Origin: Dehalococcoidia bacterium
GTDB taxonomy: Bacteria > Chloroflexota > Dehalococcoidia > UBA6926
DNA length: 64,000 nucleotides
Assembly: GCA_965224255.1 (NCBI GenBank)
Contig: CBDCYO010000005.1
Span: 1,107,168 to 1,171,167 of the forward strand
Direction: 5' to 3'
The position numbers and the translations under genes are program-made. Position 1 is the first letter of the stretch. Each line of letters starts with the position of its first letter. The notes below the pieces were generated by a model. That model was not told the origin of the DNA. It saw only the letters and a program-made list of their open reading frames with translations, and searched no databases. Below, piece after piece: positions 49,262 through 58,974 of the stretch.

Positions 49262-50111
49262 GTGACTGCCGGGCGCTATGCTGCAGCGTTCGCGGCAGTC
49301 ACGGCCGCCAGCTTGCTCGTGGCGGCAGCCACAGCGGCGCTGATGTTGTCCGGCCACAAGTGGATGGATGATAACAGTGCCTTTGGGTATGGCACTGGAT
49401 GGATCCTATTCCTCCTTCTCGGCAGAGTGCTCGTGTTTCCGATCATGCTCTTCGTGGCAATACGGAACGGGTGCAGAGCCATCAAGATCATGATTGGGCG
49501 GCGTGATAGCTCTGTACGTCCCGCTGAGTATGGCGTTACCGTCTGTCATCGTTTTCTTGTTCTTTGAGGCCTTCCTCTATCCATTGCCGTTGCTTCTCTT
49601 GTTGGTGGCGACCGTTCGTGCGATCAGTAAGGAGGGGCGGTTGCCGGGACCTCCGGTCGTGGCGCCACGCGTGGCAGTCATCATTGTGGCGGCGGCCTGG
49701 ATGACTGTAATCGGGGCAGGCGTGGCCTATGCGCGGTTTGTTTTGGCGGGAGACGTGATGGACTGCTTTGTCTGGGAATGCCCGCCCGAAACCACAGTCG
49801 GCGCGCTGGGCTTTATGGTCATTGCAGCAACGGTGGCAGCTGTAACAGTCGCGTGGAGCCTGCGTTCCCCCATGGGGGTACGCAGGCCGGGCATCATTGC
49901 TGCTGTTGCGTTCGCGGGCATTGCCCTGCTTTTTCAGGTCACACCCATCGCATTTGTCATGCCGTATGACGCCTTTGTGCCGGGTCTCTTCTATGGGATC
50001 GCCGCAGTTGCCCTCCTGATTGTGGCTGTTGCTCGGAAGGACGAGGACGAGGTTCAGGTGGCGCCTTCCTTAAAAAGAAAGCCATCACTAGCAAAAGGAA
50101 GCCATCGCTAG
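49262..50111 (+). pseudogene. frameshifted paralog of the 48078-48986 membrane protein (two overlapping ORFs 49262-49567 and 49494-50111)
   Basis: N-terminal ORF matches FFAFLLIAVRIVALCMMPIGLVIGIRAVVRAM region, C-terminal ORF matches ALRGDLVECFGAGNCSTDVTFGVLAAMTTAG...; reading frame changes between them. Confidence 0.4.
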
Positions 50112-50528
50112 CCCGCCCATCGTGACCGCAACAAAACCCATGAGAAATCCCCCGACGTCCCGATAACACCAGTCCCGGATGCGCCACCCCTCGGTGATCT
50201 CGTAGGCCAGGAAGAGGATAGTGATGAGCGCCTGGGCGGTGAGTAGCTGTGCCAGATCAACGCCCGCCAGCGCGTCGAGAAAGGGCAGCGCTGCCACAAC
50301 CGCGCCAAGGAGTGCATGAATTCCCTCACGCATCAAGCTGGGCTTGCGGACTGGGTCGAGTCGCCATTGGCCACCGTCGCCCCGATACCAGCCTGGATTG
50401 TCGTCAGGCGGCCCCCCTAGCGTGTCATAGTCGGGGTGCGTCATCGCTCTCCGCCATTGCCGTGGGTCCGCTGCCATGGCAGAAAGCGCTCGTGGTGTGT
50501 CGTTCCAAGGTGAACTGCTCCTGGCCAA
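50088..50528 (-). CDS. hypothetical membrane protein
   Basis: C-terminal half hydrophobic (3 TM); adjacent to portal gene. Confidence 0.3.
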   Translation of the reverse strand: MARSSSPWNDTPRALSAMAADPRQWRRAMTHPDYDTLGGPPDDNPGWYRGDGGQWRLDPVRKPSLMREGIHALLGAVVAALPFLDALAGVDLAQLLTAQALITILFLAYEITEGWRIRDWCYRDVGGFLMGFVAVTMGGLAMASFC

Positions 50529-50532
50529 TACA

Positions 50533-51903
50533 TCAAGATGACATCAGGGGAACGCCCGATTCCGGTGTCGTTCCCTCCGCATCTATCCGCGCCATTTCCC
50601 CGTCCGGGTCATCCGTTCCCAGGCGTGACATTGCCGTCCTCCTTGCGCGCAGTCCGCCCCGCACCAACTCGATCTCTTGTCGGACAACCTGCGCCTGATC
50701 CTGTGGAAGAACAGCGCCCCACTCGATGGCCGTTCGATAGGGAGCGAGGCGCTCCCCTGTCCGCTGTTCATGAATTCTCAGGGTGATCTCGTTCCGTTTG
50801 CGGTACGCCGCTGCCCGGATGAGGCGCTTCCGCCGCAGCTTGTGTAGCAGCGGGTGCAGCTCCATTTCAAGCGCGACGCCGGATAACCCCTGTCGATTGT
50901 CCCCAAAGGCGATGCGGGGCGTCTCCGAGAGATCATGGAGCGTGCGATAAATAGCGTTGACGTAATCCATGTGAAGCTGGACGCCGCCTCCCTGCAAGAG
51001 GTCCAGCAGATATGCCCGCGCTCGGTCGGGCAGTTCCCAGACGGCGCCGGGCTGGATAGCGATGTCCTGTGACTGGTCAACGTTCTCCAAGACGGCGATG
51101 GGATTACCGGAGAGCTCAAGGATGGTGGAAAGCTGTGAAAGGGCGCGGTTGAGTTCACGGATCGGTTCCACAATGGCGGGGATATCGGACACGCCCCAGA
51201 ACTGCTTCGGCGCGCGGATGTTGGGGTAGACGACAAAGGGGATGAGTCCGTACGGGTTGGCCTCATCGCGCGCCAGTGAGTCCCCTACCCAGAGTTGAAA
51301 CCGCTTCTCGCTCCACACCTCCGTCATAGTGACACCGCGCTGAGAGTCTCCCCGCGCAGGCGATCGAATGCCGTGCAACTCACGTGCCTCATCGGCATCC
51401 AACGTGTACCGAGAGGCCACGCGGCGTATGCGATTGACGTCATCGCCCACCCACCAACAGTGGAGCCCCTGCACATCCGGCGCGGTGATACGGACACCGC
51501 CTCTCTCCTCGTCCCATGTGATCTTGTACGCGCCATCGCCCAGGACGGCTGTATCGATCTCCGTATCGAAATCGAGCTGATCGAGTGAATTTGTCTCGGC
51601 AATGTCCGCGAGCAGACGCTCCGTGTGCCGCGCCCGCTCCTGTGCCTCCGGTGACGCATCCTCCGGCGGAACCGTGGAGCGAATATCCGCCACCAGATAG
51701 GACGTCACCTTTTCCACTGCGGCGCGGGCGTAGTTAAAGGTAAGACGACGCTCCCGACCCCGTGCGCGGCCGGGCCAGTGGTCGCCGTTGTAGAAGGCCA
51801 GATTGCGTCGATACCGATCGCGCCTTTCCGAGTCCCGCCGATCCAATGAAGACGGAACGAACGCTCCCCTGCTCTGCGCGTGTCCATTCTGAGATATCGC
51901 CAT
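50533..51903 (-). CDS. phage portal protein (family not assigned)
   Basis: 456 aa, position immediately downstream of large terminase, NYARAAVEKVTSYL-type portal wing region, acidic C-terminal tail. Confidence 0.6.
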   Translation of the reverse strand: MAISQNGHAQSRGAFVPSSLDRRDSERRDRYRRNLAFYNGDHWPGRARGRERRLTFNYARAAVEKVTSYLVADIRSTVPPEDASPEAQERARHTERLLADIAETNSLDQLDFDTEIDTAVLGDGAYKITWDEERGGVRITAPDVQGLHCWWVGDDVNRIRRVASRYTLDADEARELHGIRSPARGDSQRGVTMTEVWSEKRFQLWVGDSLARDEANPYGLIPFVVYPNIRAPKQFWGVSDIPAIVEPIRELNRALSQLSTILELSGNPIAVLENVDQSQDIAIQPGAVWELPDRARAYLLDLLQGGGVQLHMDYVNAIYRTLHDLSETPRIAFGDNRQGLSGVALEMELHPLLHKLRRKRLIRAAAYRKRNEITLRIHEQRTGERLAPYRTAIEWGAVLPQDQAQVVRQEIELVRGGLRARRTAMSRLGTDDPDGEMARIDAEGTTPESGVPLMSS

Positions 51904-51908
51904 CGTGC

Positions 51909-52310
51909 CTACCTCTCCCGCTTCCTCGTATCTGGTACCATTTCCGCCTCTACTCGGGCAGACTGTAGCGCACGGTAAATCGTCCGTGTGCCAACGTTGA
52001 AACGCTCTGAAATGGTCGCAATCGGCAGCCCTTCCTCGACGCGCGCCCTGACGATGGCCCCGTCACGACTCAGGAGATTCTGGCGCCGTGAGACAAGCGG
52101 CTCATCGTAGCGGCAACGGGGGAAAGGGCACTCCAGGGATCGCTGACACCCATCGCCGCAGCCGCGGTCTATGTAGAGCGTGTCCTCAGGCAGGTCGTCC
52201 GCGAGGCCTGAACTCCGTCGTCGCATGAGCGGGATTTCGAGCCGATCAACACTATTCGGCTTTCGTGGTGCGGCGGGTTGGGCGATGTGTTGTCCTGAAT
52301 CCACAGTCAT
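51909..52310 (-). CDS. small HTH protein (terminase small subunit-like or sigma-70 region-4-like)
   Basis: C-terminal helix-turn-helix IATISERFNVGTRTIYRAL; Cys cluster CGDGC...CPFPRC. Confidence 0.4.
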   Translation of the reverse strand: MTVDSGQHIAQPAAPRKPNSVDRLEIPLMRRRSSGLADDLPEDTLYIDRGCGDGCQRSLECPFPRCRYDEPLVSRRQNLLSRDGAIVRARVEEGLPIATISERFNVGTRTIYRALQSARVEAEMVPDTRKRER

Positions 52311-52349
52311 GCCGCGACCTCCTGAATGAACTTGACATATAGGTACTGG

Positions 52350-53813
52350 TCATATTGAGGTACGTTCCTCCATACTCGGCCGGCCGACGGCCCTTCGTGG
52401 GCCACTCTCGTCCGCGCTCGCGTGTGCAAGTAGTGCGAGAGAGACCACAAAATCGTCATGACCCTCACGCTCAGGCACGTAGAAATTCATTGTCCGGTTG
52501 GCGTTGTGCTGCGCCTGTGCATGGCGCAGTTGATGGCGAACAGCCGTCGACTCAGAGGAATGATCATGCGCATAGAGGCGCAGGCGACCCGCGTTGACAA
52601 GCGCCAGGAGTTCAAAGCCGAGTCGAGATTTCACCTGCTGCGTGAAGACGACGGGCTGCACGGCCTGTCCCATGCGTCTGCGGAGCGCGGCCGCTGTCGG
52701 CTCTCCGATGCCGGTGGCGTCGACGGCTACGCGGCGCACACGCCAAACATTCTTGAGCAGATCAGTCAACTGTTCAGTCAGGGCTCCATGCGGCGCGCCC
52801 CGCCACTGGTAGTGCTGGACAACGCGGAGATGTGGCTCACTGCCATGCTCTCCGGCAACCACCTCGCCGATTGTGAGGACGGTCTCGTCCCGAGCCACGG
52901 TGCCAGCCGCGCCCCACTCCATCTCGGAAATCGTCACGGGTGCACCAGCAAGGTCAAGCCCAGCGACATAGACCCCGCCGGGGCGCGGCGTGTCCTGCCG
53001 CGCATGCACGCCCTGCAGTTGAGTGAGTTGCCCCGCGTTGAAGAGTCGTGTCGTCTCATCAAGCGGAAGCAGAGCATACTGCGTTCGAAATAGCGGGTGT
53101 TCCTCGCCCAACCGCTGACGCTCAGACTCGACGAATGCTCCGTACGATGGGTTGTACTGCGCAACGTCCTGCCACGTATAACGGAAGTGGCGCTTCTCAG
53201 CGCGTGGATCGTCCACGCGCCCGGTGGCATGAGGCATGGCAGAAACCTTGGTCTGTTCCAGCAAGGAGTCGCTCCGCCACGCAGTCCCATAGAGAACAGT
53301 CGTCGCGTTGTGCGCGGCAGCCATTGGCCGAAAATCCCGATTGAATTTCTCCGGGGAGACATCCTGCGCCTCGTCTACTTCCAGGAGAATGCTCGCCGTC
53401 TGTCCGACGACATTGGCCGAGGGGTGTGCGCTGAGATACGTGGCGCGTGATCGACCGACGTGGAGGATGTGCCCTTTTTCTATGTGAGAGATGCGACTGA
53501 GGCCATTCTCATCGAGTCGGCGCACAATGCGCTCGATAGAGATCAGGGACTGGGGTTGGAACGTGGGCGCGGCCTTGACGATCGAACCGCCGCGGGCGAC
53601 ATTGCGGAGCAACAGGACCATTTGCAGGTACGCGGAGAGCTCGTTCTTGCCCGCCTGCCGCGCCATCTCCACGGTGAACGTCAAGCCGCGCCGATTGAAG
53701 ACCGAATCCAGCACAGCCTGTGCCACCTCCGCCTGATACGGACGCAGACGGATGACGGATACCGGCGCGCTACGGCGCGCCGGTATCGTTCGCGCCTCCA
53801 CGGCGGGCGTCAT
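52350..53813 (-). CDS. phage terminase large subunit
   Basis: Walker A-like ARQAGKN, Walker B/coupling LLEVDEAQDV, C-terminal RNaseH-like nuclease acidic residues (GLDLAG..., VAVDATGIGE). Confidence 0.7.
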   Translation of the reverse strand: MTPAVEARTIPARRSAPVSVIRLRPYQAEVAQAVLDSVFNRRGLTFTVEMARQAGKNELSAYLQMVLLLRNVARGGSIVKAAPTFQPQSLISIERIVRRLDENGLSRISHIEKGHILHVGRSRATYLSAHPSANVVGQTASILLEVDEAQDVSPEKFNRDFRPMAAAHNATTVLYGTAWRSDSLLEQTKVSAMPHATGRVDDPRAEKRHFRYTWQDVAQYNPSYGAFVESERQRLGEEHPLFRTQYALLPLDETTRLFNAGQLTQLQGVHARQDTPRPGGVYVAGLDLAGAPVTISEMEWGAAGTVARDETVLTIGEVVAGEHGSEPHLRVVQHYQWRGAPHGALTEQLTDLLKNVWRVRRVAVDATGIGEPTAAALRRRMGQAVQPVVFTQQVKSRLGFELLALVNAGRLRLYAHDHSSESTAVRHQLRHAQAQHNANRTMNFYVPEREGHDDFVVSLALLAHASADESGPRRAVGRPSMEERTSI

Positions 53814-53815
53814 CT

Positions 53816-54136
53816 CTAGAGCCCCGCCACGCGCAGGATAGCCTGCAGTGCCACGGTTCCCGCGATCAGTAAGAAGAGGCTGTTGATTCGGCCCTTCACG
53901 TCACGCATTTGCTGTTCAAGCGCCTGCATTTGCTGGCGCAACAGCGCCTCAAATGTCGTGCTGGGCTCCATGTCCAGCGTGGTGCGTGAGACAGGTATGT
54001 GAGCCGCCCGCCCGCCGTGATGACGCATGAGGCGGACCACAAGACCACGCAGGACGTCACGCAATTCTTCCGATCGATGATGCGCCATCGCTCGCAACCT
54101 CCTCAGCGTGTGTTGAGTGACGTCCCTTTCCGTCAT
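53816..54136 (-). CDS. hypothetical protein with C-terminal TM helix (holin-like?)
   Basis: 106 aa, C-terminal INSLFLLIAGTVALQAILRVAGL. Confidence 0.3.
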   Translation of the reverse strand: MTERDVTQHTLRRLRAMAHHRSEELRDVLRGLVVRLMRHHGGRAAHIPVSRTTLDMEPSTTFEALLRQQMQALEQQMRDVKGRINSLFLLIAGTVALQAILRVAGL

Positions 54137-54507
54137 GATTCGCTTCCCTCCGTTAAATCAGGCATCAACTGTTCCCCAAGGCCGCGCAGCGTGCCGACAA
54201 GGTTGTCGAAGAGATCCTTCTCGGCCTTGTCTGCCAGCCGATGCCGCGTGGCAAGAGTGCGAGAGAGCGTGGCGATCCCCTTCATCAGAAGACTGACATC
54301 ATCAGGGCGTTCCTCTAGGCTGGAGCGGATCTTAGTCCGGAGAACAGCTATTTCTTGATCCAGCCCCTCGACACCGCCGGCGCGCTTCAGATACTCCGCC
54401 TCCGCCTCAGACAACGCCCGTTCATAGAAATTGCGCGTCGCTGTCCGGCGAGACGAGGTACTCCGCCTGACCGTTGGGCTGACGTCCCCAATCCTCTTCG
54501 CACTCAT
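54133..54507 (-). CDS. hypothetical helical protein (phage-associated)
   Basis: 124 aa, overlaps neighbours by 4 bp (translational coupling) in the terminase operon. Confidence 0.3.
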   Translation of the reverse strand: MSAKRIGDVSPTVRRSTSSRRTATRNFYERALSEAEAEYLKRAGGVEGLDQEIAVLRTKIRSSLEERPDDVSLLMKGIATLSRTLATRHRLADKAEKDLFDNLVGTLRGLGEQLMPDLTEGSES

Positions 54508-54742
54508 TGAGATAAGAGGCCCGTGTCGCCAATCGACGTCCCATCGGCCATGTCGTGCAGGAACAGATCCAAAGTGTCCGGCGACGTTTCACGAAGTGCG
54601 CGCGCCACTCCCCAGATAAGGGCGAGCGTGGAGAGCTCTGATTGCCCGGCCGCCTGCGGGCCGTGAATCGCCGTGAGAATCAACGGGTGCACCACCAATG
54701 CGGCCTCCTCCCAGTTCGCCATTCCGCCGCCTGCCAGAGCCA

Positions 54743-55057
54743 TCACGGCCGTCTTCGCCGAATCCGTGAGAGAATCAACGCCGTGAGAAACGCCGAACTG
54801 GCCAGAGCCAGAACGCCCGCCAGCAGCCACCCGCGAGCCTCCTGCCACTGCGTCGGATGAGTGCGCGGCAGCAGAATCAGACCGATGAAGGCGCTCTGCG
54901 CCGCCACGCCAATACAGAGCACCGCGAGTGTCCACGCCCCCACCGTGGCGCGGCGACTGTTCCATGACGCGGTGAGCAGGTACCCTGCGTTGATGAGGGA
55001 CACGAAGACCGTCAGCGAATGCTCGACGGTGATGAGCATGGACCACGGCAGCGTCAT
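54743..55057 (-). CDS. hypothetical 3-TM membrane protein
   Basis: Hydrophobic profile; preferred over the overlapping 180-aa Arg/Gly/Ala-rich ORF 54504-55046. Confidence 0.35.
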   Translation of the reverse strand: MTLPWSMLITVEHSLTVFVSLINAGYLLTASWNSRRATVGAWTLAVLCIGVAAQSAFIGLILLPRTHPTQWQEARGWLLAGVLALASSAFLTALILSRIRRRRP

Positions 55058-55249
55058 GCCTCCTGTGCGTGTTTCTGTGGGTAAAGGCGAGGTATCAGAA
55101 GGCGAGAATAGAATAAATGTTCTTTTTCGTCAATCCTGCATGACACACCGCCTGCTCCCGCAAGACGCCGCCCTTTCCATCACGACGGATACACTGGTAA
55201 ATGAGACGCGCGCTGCGCGCCTCGACTTTCAGATGGAGGCGGAGGTGGA

Positions 55250-55852
55250 GTGAATAAGCGGTTCTCACACGCGGCGTTAAGGGCAATGGTGCTCATCGTC
55301 ATCGTGGTAGCGGTGACGATGGCCGGTGCCTGCTCCGTCGCCGAAAGCTTCCTGCGTCAGCCTCTCCCGCCATCGGAGACGTTGATGCTTGAGGCCCTGC
55401 TGCTGGAGGGCGGTGGCATGATGCCCGGCACACAGGTTGTCCGCCTTGGCTGGGACCCTCCGGAGGAGGATCTGAGCGTTGATTTGGTTGTTATCGAGCA
55501 GTCCATCACCGCCGCTGGCCCGTGGGAGGAAATTGCCGCCGAGCTGGCCGCAACGGGACACCACGAAGAGACATCCATCTTTCGCCCCGGCAACTTCTAC
55601 TACTTCCGTGCCTTCATGACACGTGACCGGGAGGAGACGGACCCGGCCGAGCCGGTCGTGGTGTGGATACCAGATGTCGGCGCGTATGACCGCACGGCGC
55701 CTGGCGTCGTCGCCCCTCCGAACCGTACGCCGACACCCGTACCCGGATCCGGCGTCGCGCCCACGCCTCTCCCAACGATCACCGGAGACCCCTCTGTGCC
55801 GTTCCTCGTCGTTCCGCCAACTCACAGCCCAACGCCAACCCCAACCCCCTAG
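55250..55852 (+). CDS. secreted lipoprotein with FN3-like domain and Pro/Thr-rich tail
   Basis: Signal/lipobox VAVTMAGAC; C-terminal PTPVPGSGVAPTPLPT...HSPTPTPTP. Confidence 0.5.
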   Translation: MNKRFSHAALRAMVLIVIVVAVTMAGACSVAESFLRQPLPPSETLMLEALLLEGGGMMPGTQVVRLGWDPPEEDLSVDLVVIEQSITAAGPWEEIAAELAATGHHEETSIFRPGNFYYFRAFMTRDREETDPAEPVVVWIPDVGAYDRTAPGVVAPPNRTPTPVPGSGVAPTPLPTITGDPSVPFLVVPPTHSPTPTPTP

Positions 55853-55976
55853 CGCTTTCCAGACGCGCCGGTGGCACTTGACGATGAACGCGGCCAATTC
55901 CTAGAATTCGGGTATCTTTACGCCCCGCTTTCCGCGTGTTGGCACCTGACGCGGTCGGGGTGCAGGTGGGGACTGT

Positions 55977-56660
55977 ATGCCGTCGGATATCCCGGCTGTT
56001 GTCGTGGACAGACTGCCGCATTATTTGCGTGCGCTCCGTCTTATGCTCGACGATGGGATAGAGGTTGTCAGTTCGCGTGAGCTTGGTGAGGCGCTCATCG
56101 TCACACCCGCCCAAATTCGCAAGGACCTGAGCTACTTCGGGCGCTTTGGCAAACAGGGCCGCGGTTATGACGTATCGGCCCTGCTCAGTGATCTAACACG
56201 CATCCTGGGACTGGAGCGCTCCTGGCCGGTCATCCTTGTGGGCTTGGGCCGCCTCGGCCGCGCCATCATCACCTATCCCGGCCTCACCCCGGAGGGCTTT
56301 CATGTCCGCGCCGCCTTCGATGCCGATCCGCGCATTATCGGCAGCACTGTTGAAAACGTGCCTGTCTACTCCACAAATGAGATGGAGGGCTATATCCGCA
56401 GCCAGGGAATCGCCATCGCAATTCTCGCGACGCCTGGTGATGTGGCGCAGGGCGTCATTGACAAGCTCGTTTCATGTGGTATTCGCGGCATCCTGAACTA
56501 CGCGCCCATGACCCCGCACGTGCCCCAGGGCGTCACGGTACGCACCATCGACCCCGTGCAGGCGCTGCAGACCATGACGTTCTATTTGCGGGAGGCGGAT
56601 GGGCAGGACGATGTGCCGTCCAAGAAGAGGCGTGGCCGCCGCGCCAACTCCCGCCGTTAG
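55977..56660 (+). CDS. rex: redox-sensing transcriptional repressor Rex
   Basis: RLPHYLRALRLMLDDGIEVVSSRELGEALIVTPAQIRKDLSYFGRFGKQGRGYDV (winged helix) and Rossmann LVGLGRLGRAI. Confidence 0.85.
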   Translation: MPSDIPAVVVDRLPHYLRALRLMLDDGIEVVSSRELGEALIVTPAQIRKDLSYFGRFGKQGRGYDVSALLSDLTRILGLERSWPVILVGLGRLGRAIITYPGLTPEGFHVRAAFDADPRIIGSTVENVPVYSTNEMEGYIRSQGIAIAILATPGDVAQGVIDKLVSCGIRGILNYAPMTPHVPQGVTVRTIDPVQALQTMTFYLREADGQDDVPSKKRRGRRANSRR

Positions 56661-56689
56661 CCCGCCCGCCCTTCCGTCATTCCGAGCGT

Positions 56690-56975
56690 CTCTTGTCAGT
56701 GGTGCCCGCCGCCGTGTGATTCCGGGTGCTGTCACCCCTGAGCGCCCTTCTGGCATTCTGAGCGCAGCGAAGAATCTATGTCCCCACTGCCGCATACGCG
56801 CAAGAGCACGCACGGGTTTAGATTCTTCACTTCACTACGTTTCGTTCAGAATGACATGGGCGGGGTGGCCCGCCGTTCAGAATGACAAGGTGGTGGCCGT
56901 GTTCCGTTCGGAATGACAGAGTGCTGCTGCGCATCCGTTCAGAATGACATGGTTGTGCTACGCATCCGTTCGGAA
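56690..56975. repeat. MITE/REP-like element (orientation B core cattctgagcgcagcgaagaatctatgtccccactgccgcata...gtttagattcttcacttcactacgtttcgttcagaatgaca plus 4 degenerate arms)
   Basis: Direct reading. Confidence 0.8.
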
Positions 56976-56984
56976 TGGCAGGTA

Positions 56985-57130
56985 GAGAGTGCCCGCGCAT
57001 GTTGGCGCGCAGGCCGCGCTCAGCGGCAGTGCACTGTGTCAGGTGGAGAGTGCCCGCGCACGTTGGCGCGCAGGCCGCGCTCAGCGGCAGTGCAATGTGT
57101 CAGGTGGACCCGCGCACGTTGGCGCGCAGC
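56985..57130. repeat. tandem array ~2.3 x 63 bp (gtgcccgcgcaYgttggcgcgcaggccgcgctcagcggcagtgcaMtgtgtcaggtggaga)
   Basis: Shares the core AGCGGCAGTG..GTCAGGT with the fabI-leader arrays; directly abuts a MITE. Confidence 0.85.
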
Positions 57131-57131
57131 C

Positions 57132-57488
57132 TTACACAGCGCGACGGCTGAACGCGTCTTCCGTATCGAGCCTGGCGTACGTCTCCACGCCCAATTCGGT
57201 GGGTCGGTAGCGACGCATGAAGCCCCGCTCCTCCCCCTCCACTTCCTCGATGAAGCCCCCCTCAATCAACGCGCGGGCGATCATCTCGCCCATGTAGCCG
57301 CCCGCCGGCAGCAGGTGACCGCCCATCGGCGCGCCCGTCGAGGCGAACGTTCGGCAAATATCACGCAGCGCCTGCGCCGCTTCAATCATCATGCTTTCCA
57401 TGACGCGCGTCACCACGGGCGTCCCGCGGACGACTCCGACGAAGTCATCAAATGCTGGCACGTATCCCTCCGTCAGGGTTCTTCTCAC
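57132..57488 (-). CDS. hypothetical protein
   Basis: 118-aa ORF, no motif recognised. Confidence 0.35.
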   Translation of the reverse strand: MRRTLTEGYVPAFDDFVGVVRGTPVVTRVMESMMIEAAQALRDICRTFASTGAPMGGHLLPAGGYMGEMIARALIEGGFIEEVEGEERGFMRRYRPTELGVETYARLDTEDAFSRRAV

Positions 57489-57655
57489 CGGCGTCTTGGC
57501 GTTAATGTCGCCTTCTCAGGCCGGTCATTTGGGGGGCCATGGTCGCCGGGTCACACAGGGCGGCCATGCTGCTCAGTGTATTATAGGCGCTTTCACGGGG
57601 TGAACGTGGACGCAGACGACAGCGTCGCCGCCGCCCACGATTCGAGGTCCGGTGA

Positions 57656-58942
57656 ATGTCCTCAGTGCAACCCGAGGAGACGCAGCACGAAGTCCGTTCA
57701 GATGCGCGGAGTGCGCCCACGTCCTTCCTGGGAGCGCTCGCCGTCGCCAACTTCCGTACCTACTGGTTCAGCGCCATTTCCTTTGTCCTGGGGTGGCAGA
57801 TCCTCCGCATCGTCCTCGCCTGGGAGGGCTATGAGCTGACCAAATCGGAGTTCTACCTCGGCCTGCTCGGCCTCGCCATGGGGCTCGGCACGGTCAGCGT
57901 TAACCTCATCGGAGGCGTCGCGGCCGACCGTGTCAGCAGGCTCGCCCTCCTCATCGTCACCCAGATCAGCATGACGATCGCCGTGACCATCCTCATGGTG
58001 TTGACCTTTGGCCACATCCTCGCCCCCTGGCATCTCCTGGCGGCCTCGGCCGCCATCGGCATCATTCAGGGCATCGATCAGCCCACGCGTACCGCCGTGA
58101 TCCCCGCGCTCATTCCGGACCGGCGACTCCTCATGAACGCGCTCGCGCTGGGCTCCTCCGTGTGGCAGGGGACGCGAGTGTTCGGGCCGGGACTGGGCGG
58201 CGTCCTGATCGAGCTTGTCGGCTCCGCCATCACCCTCGGGACGGTCACCATCGGATTCGGACTGGGCACGCTCATGCTCTTCTTCGTCCGCATACCGCGG
58301 GCGGTACGACAGCCCGGCAACGTCATCAGAGAACTTGTGGACGGCCTGATGTTCATCGCGAGGCGCAATCTCTTCGCCAGCCTGATCGCGCTGACGTTTG
58401 TGGACAGCTTCTTCGGTGTGGCCTACATCCAGCTCATGCCCGTCTTCGCCACAGACATCCTGAAGATTGGCGCGAACGGCATGGGACTGCTGATGGGCGC
58501 ATCGGCTGCCGGCGCCCTGGTGGGCACATCACTGGCCGCATTCTGGGTGAAGGGGAGATGGCCGTTGATTCTGCTGCTGGGCGGCGCGGGGCTGTTTGGC
58601 GTGATGGTCGTCATCTTCGCCCTCAGTCAAATCCTCTGGCTCTCCCTCGCCGCGCTCTTCCTCTCCGGAACCTTCAACTCGCTGTCGCAGATCACCAACC
58701 TGACCCTGCTCCAGAGCGCCGTGCCGGAAGAACTGCGTGGCCGCGTCATGGGGGTCTTCAGCCTGACCTACAGCCTCATCCCATTGGGCGGTTTACAGGT
58801 CGGCGCGCTGGCCGAGTGGACGAACACCCCGACGGCCGTCGCCATCGGAGGCACCATCGCGGCCCTCTTTGCCGTTCTCCTTGCGCTCAGAACCGGCTTC
58901 GCCCGCGCTGTCCGACAGGCCGCCCGCACCGCCGCGGGCTAA
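57656..58942 (+). CDS. MFS transporter
   Basis: 12-TM profile, 428 aa. Confidence 0.75.
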   Translation: MSSVQPEETQHEVRSDARSAPTSFLGALAVANFRTYWFSAISFVLGWQILRIVLAWEGYELTKSEFYLGLLGLAMGLGTVSVNLIGGVAADRVSRLALLIVTQISMTIAVTILMVLTFGHILAPWHLLAASAAIGIIQGIDQPTRTAVIPALIPDRRLLMNALALGSSVWQGTRVFGPGLGGVLIELVGSAITLGTVTIGFGLGTLMLFFVRIPRAVRQPGNVIRELVDGLMFIARRNLFASLIALTFVDSFFGVAYIQLMPVFATDILKIGANGMGLLMGASAAGALVGTSLAAFWVKGRWPLILLLGGAGLFGVMVVIFALSQILWLSLAALFLSGTFNSLSQITNLTLLQSAVPEELRGRVMGVFSLTYSLIPLGGLQVGALAEWTNTPTAVAIGGTIAALFAVLLALRTGFARAVRQAARTAAG

Positions 58943-58974
58943 CCCCGGCTGGCGTGCGTGCCGCCAAGCGGCAG

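Noticed and set aside
54504-55046. 180-aa ORF
   Set aside because: Arg/Gly/Ala/His-rich composition typical of an out-of-frame GC-rich artefact. The overlapping 54743..55057 ORF has a coherent 3-TM hydrophobic profile.
50533-55057. Searched for integrase/recombinase, attL/attR and capsid or tail genes around the terminase-portal pair
   Set aside because: None is recognisable within the window, so prophage borders cannot be called. Only a remnant/module is reported.
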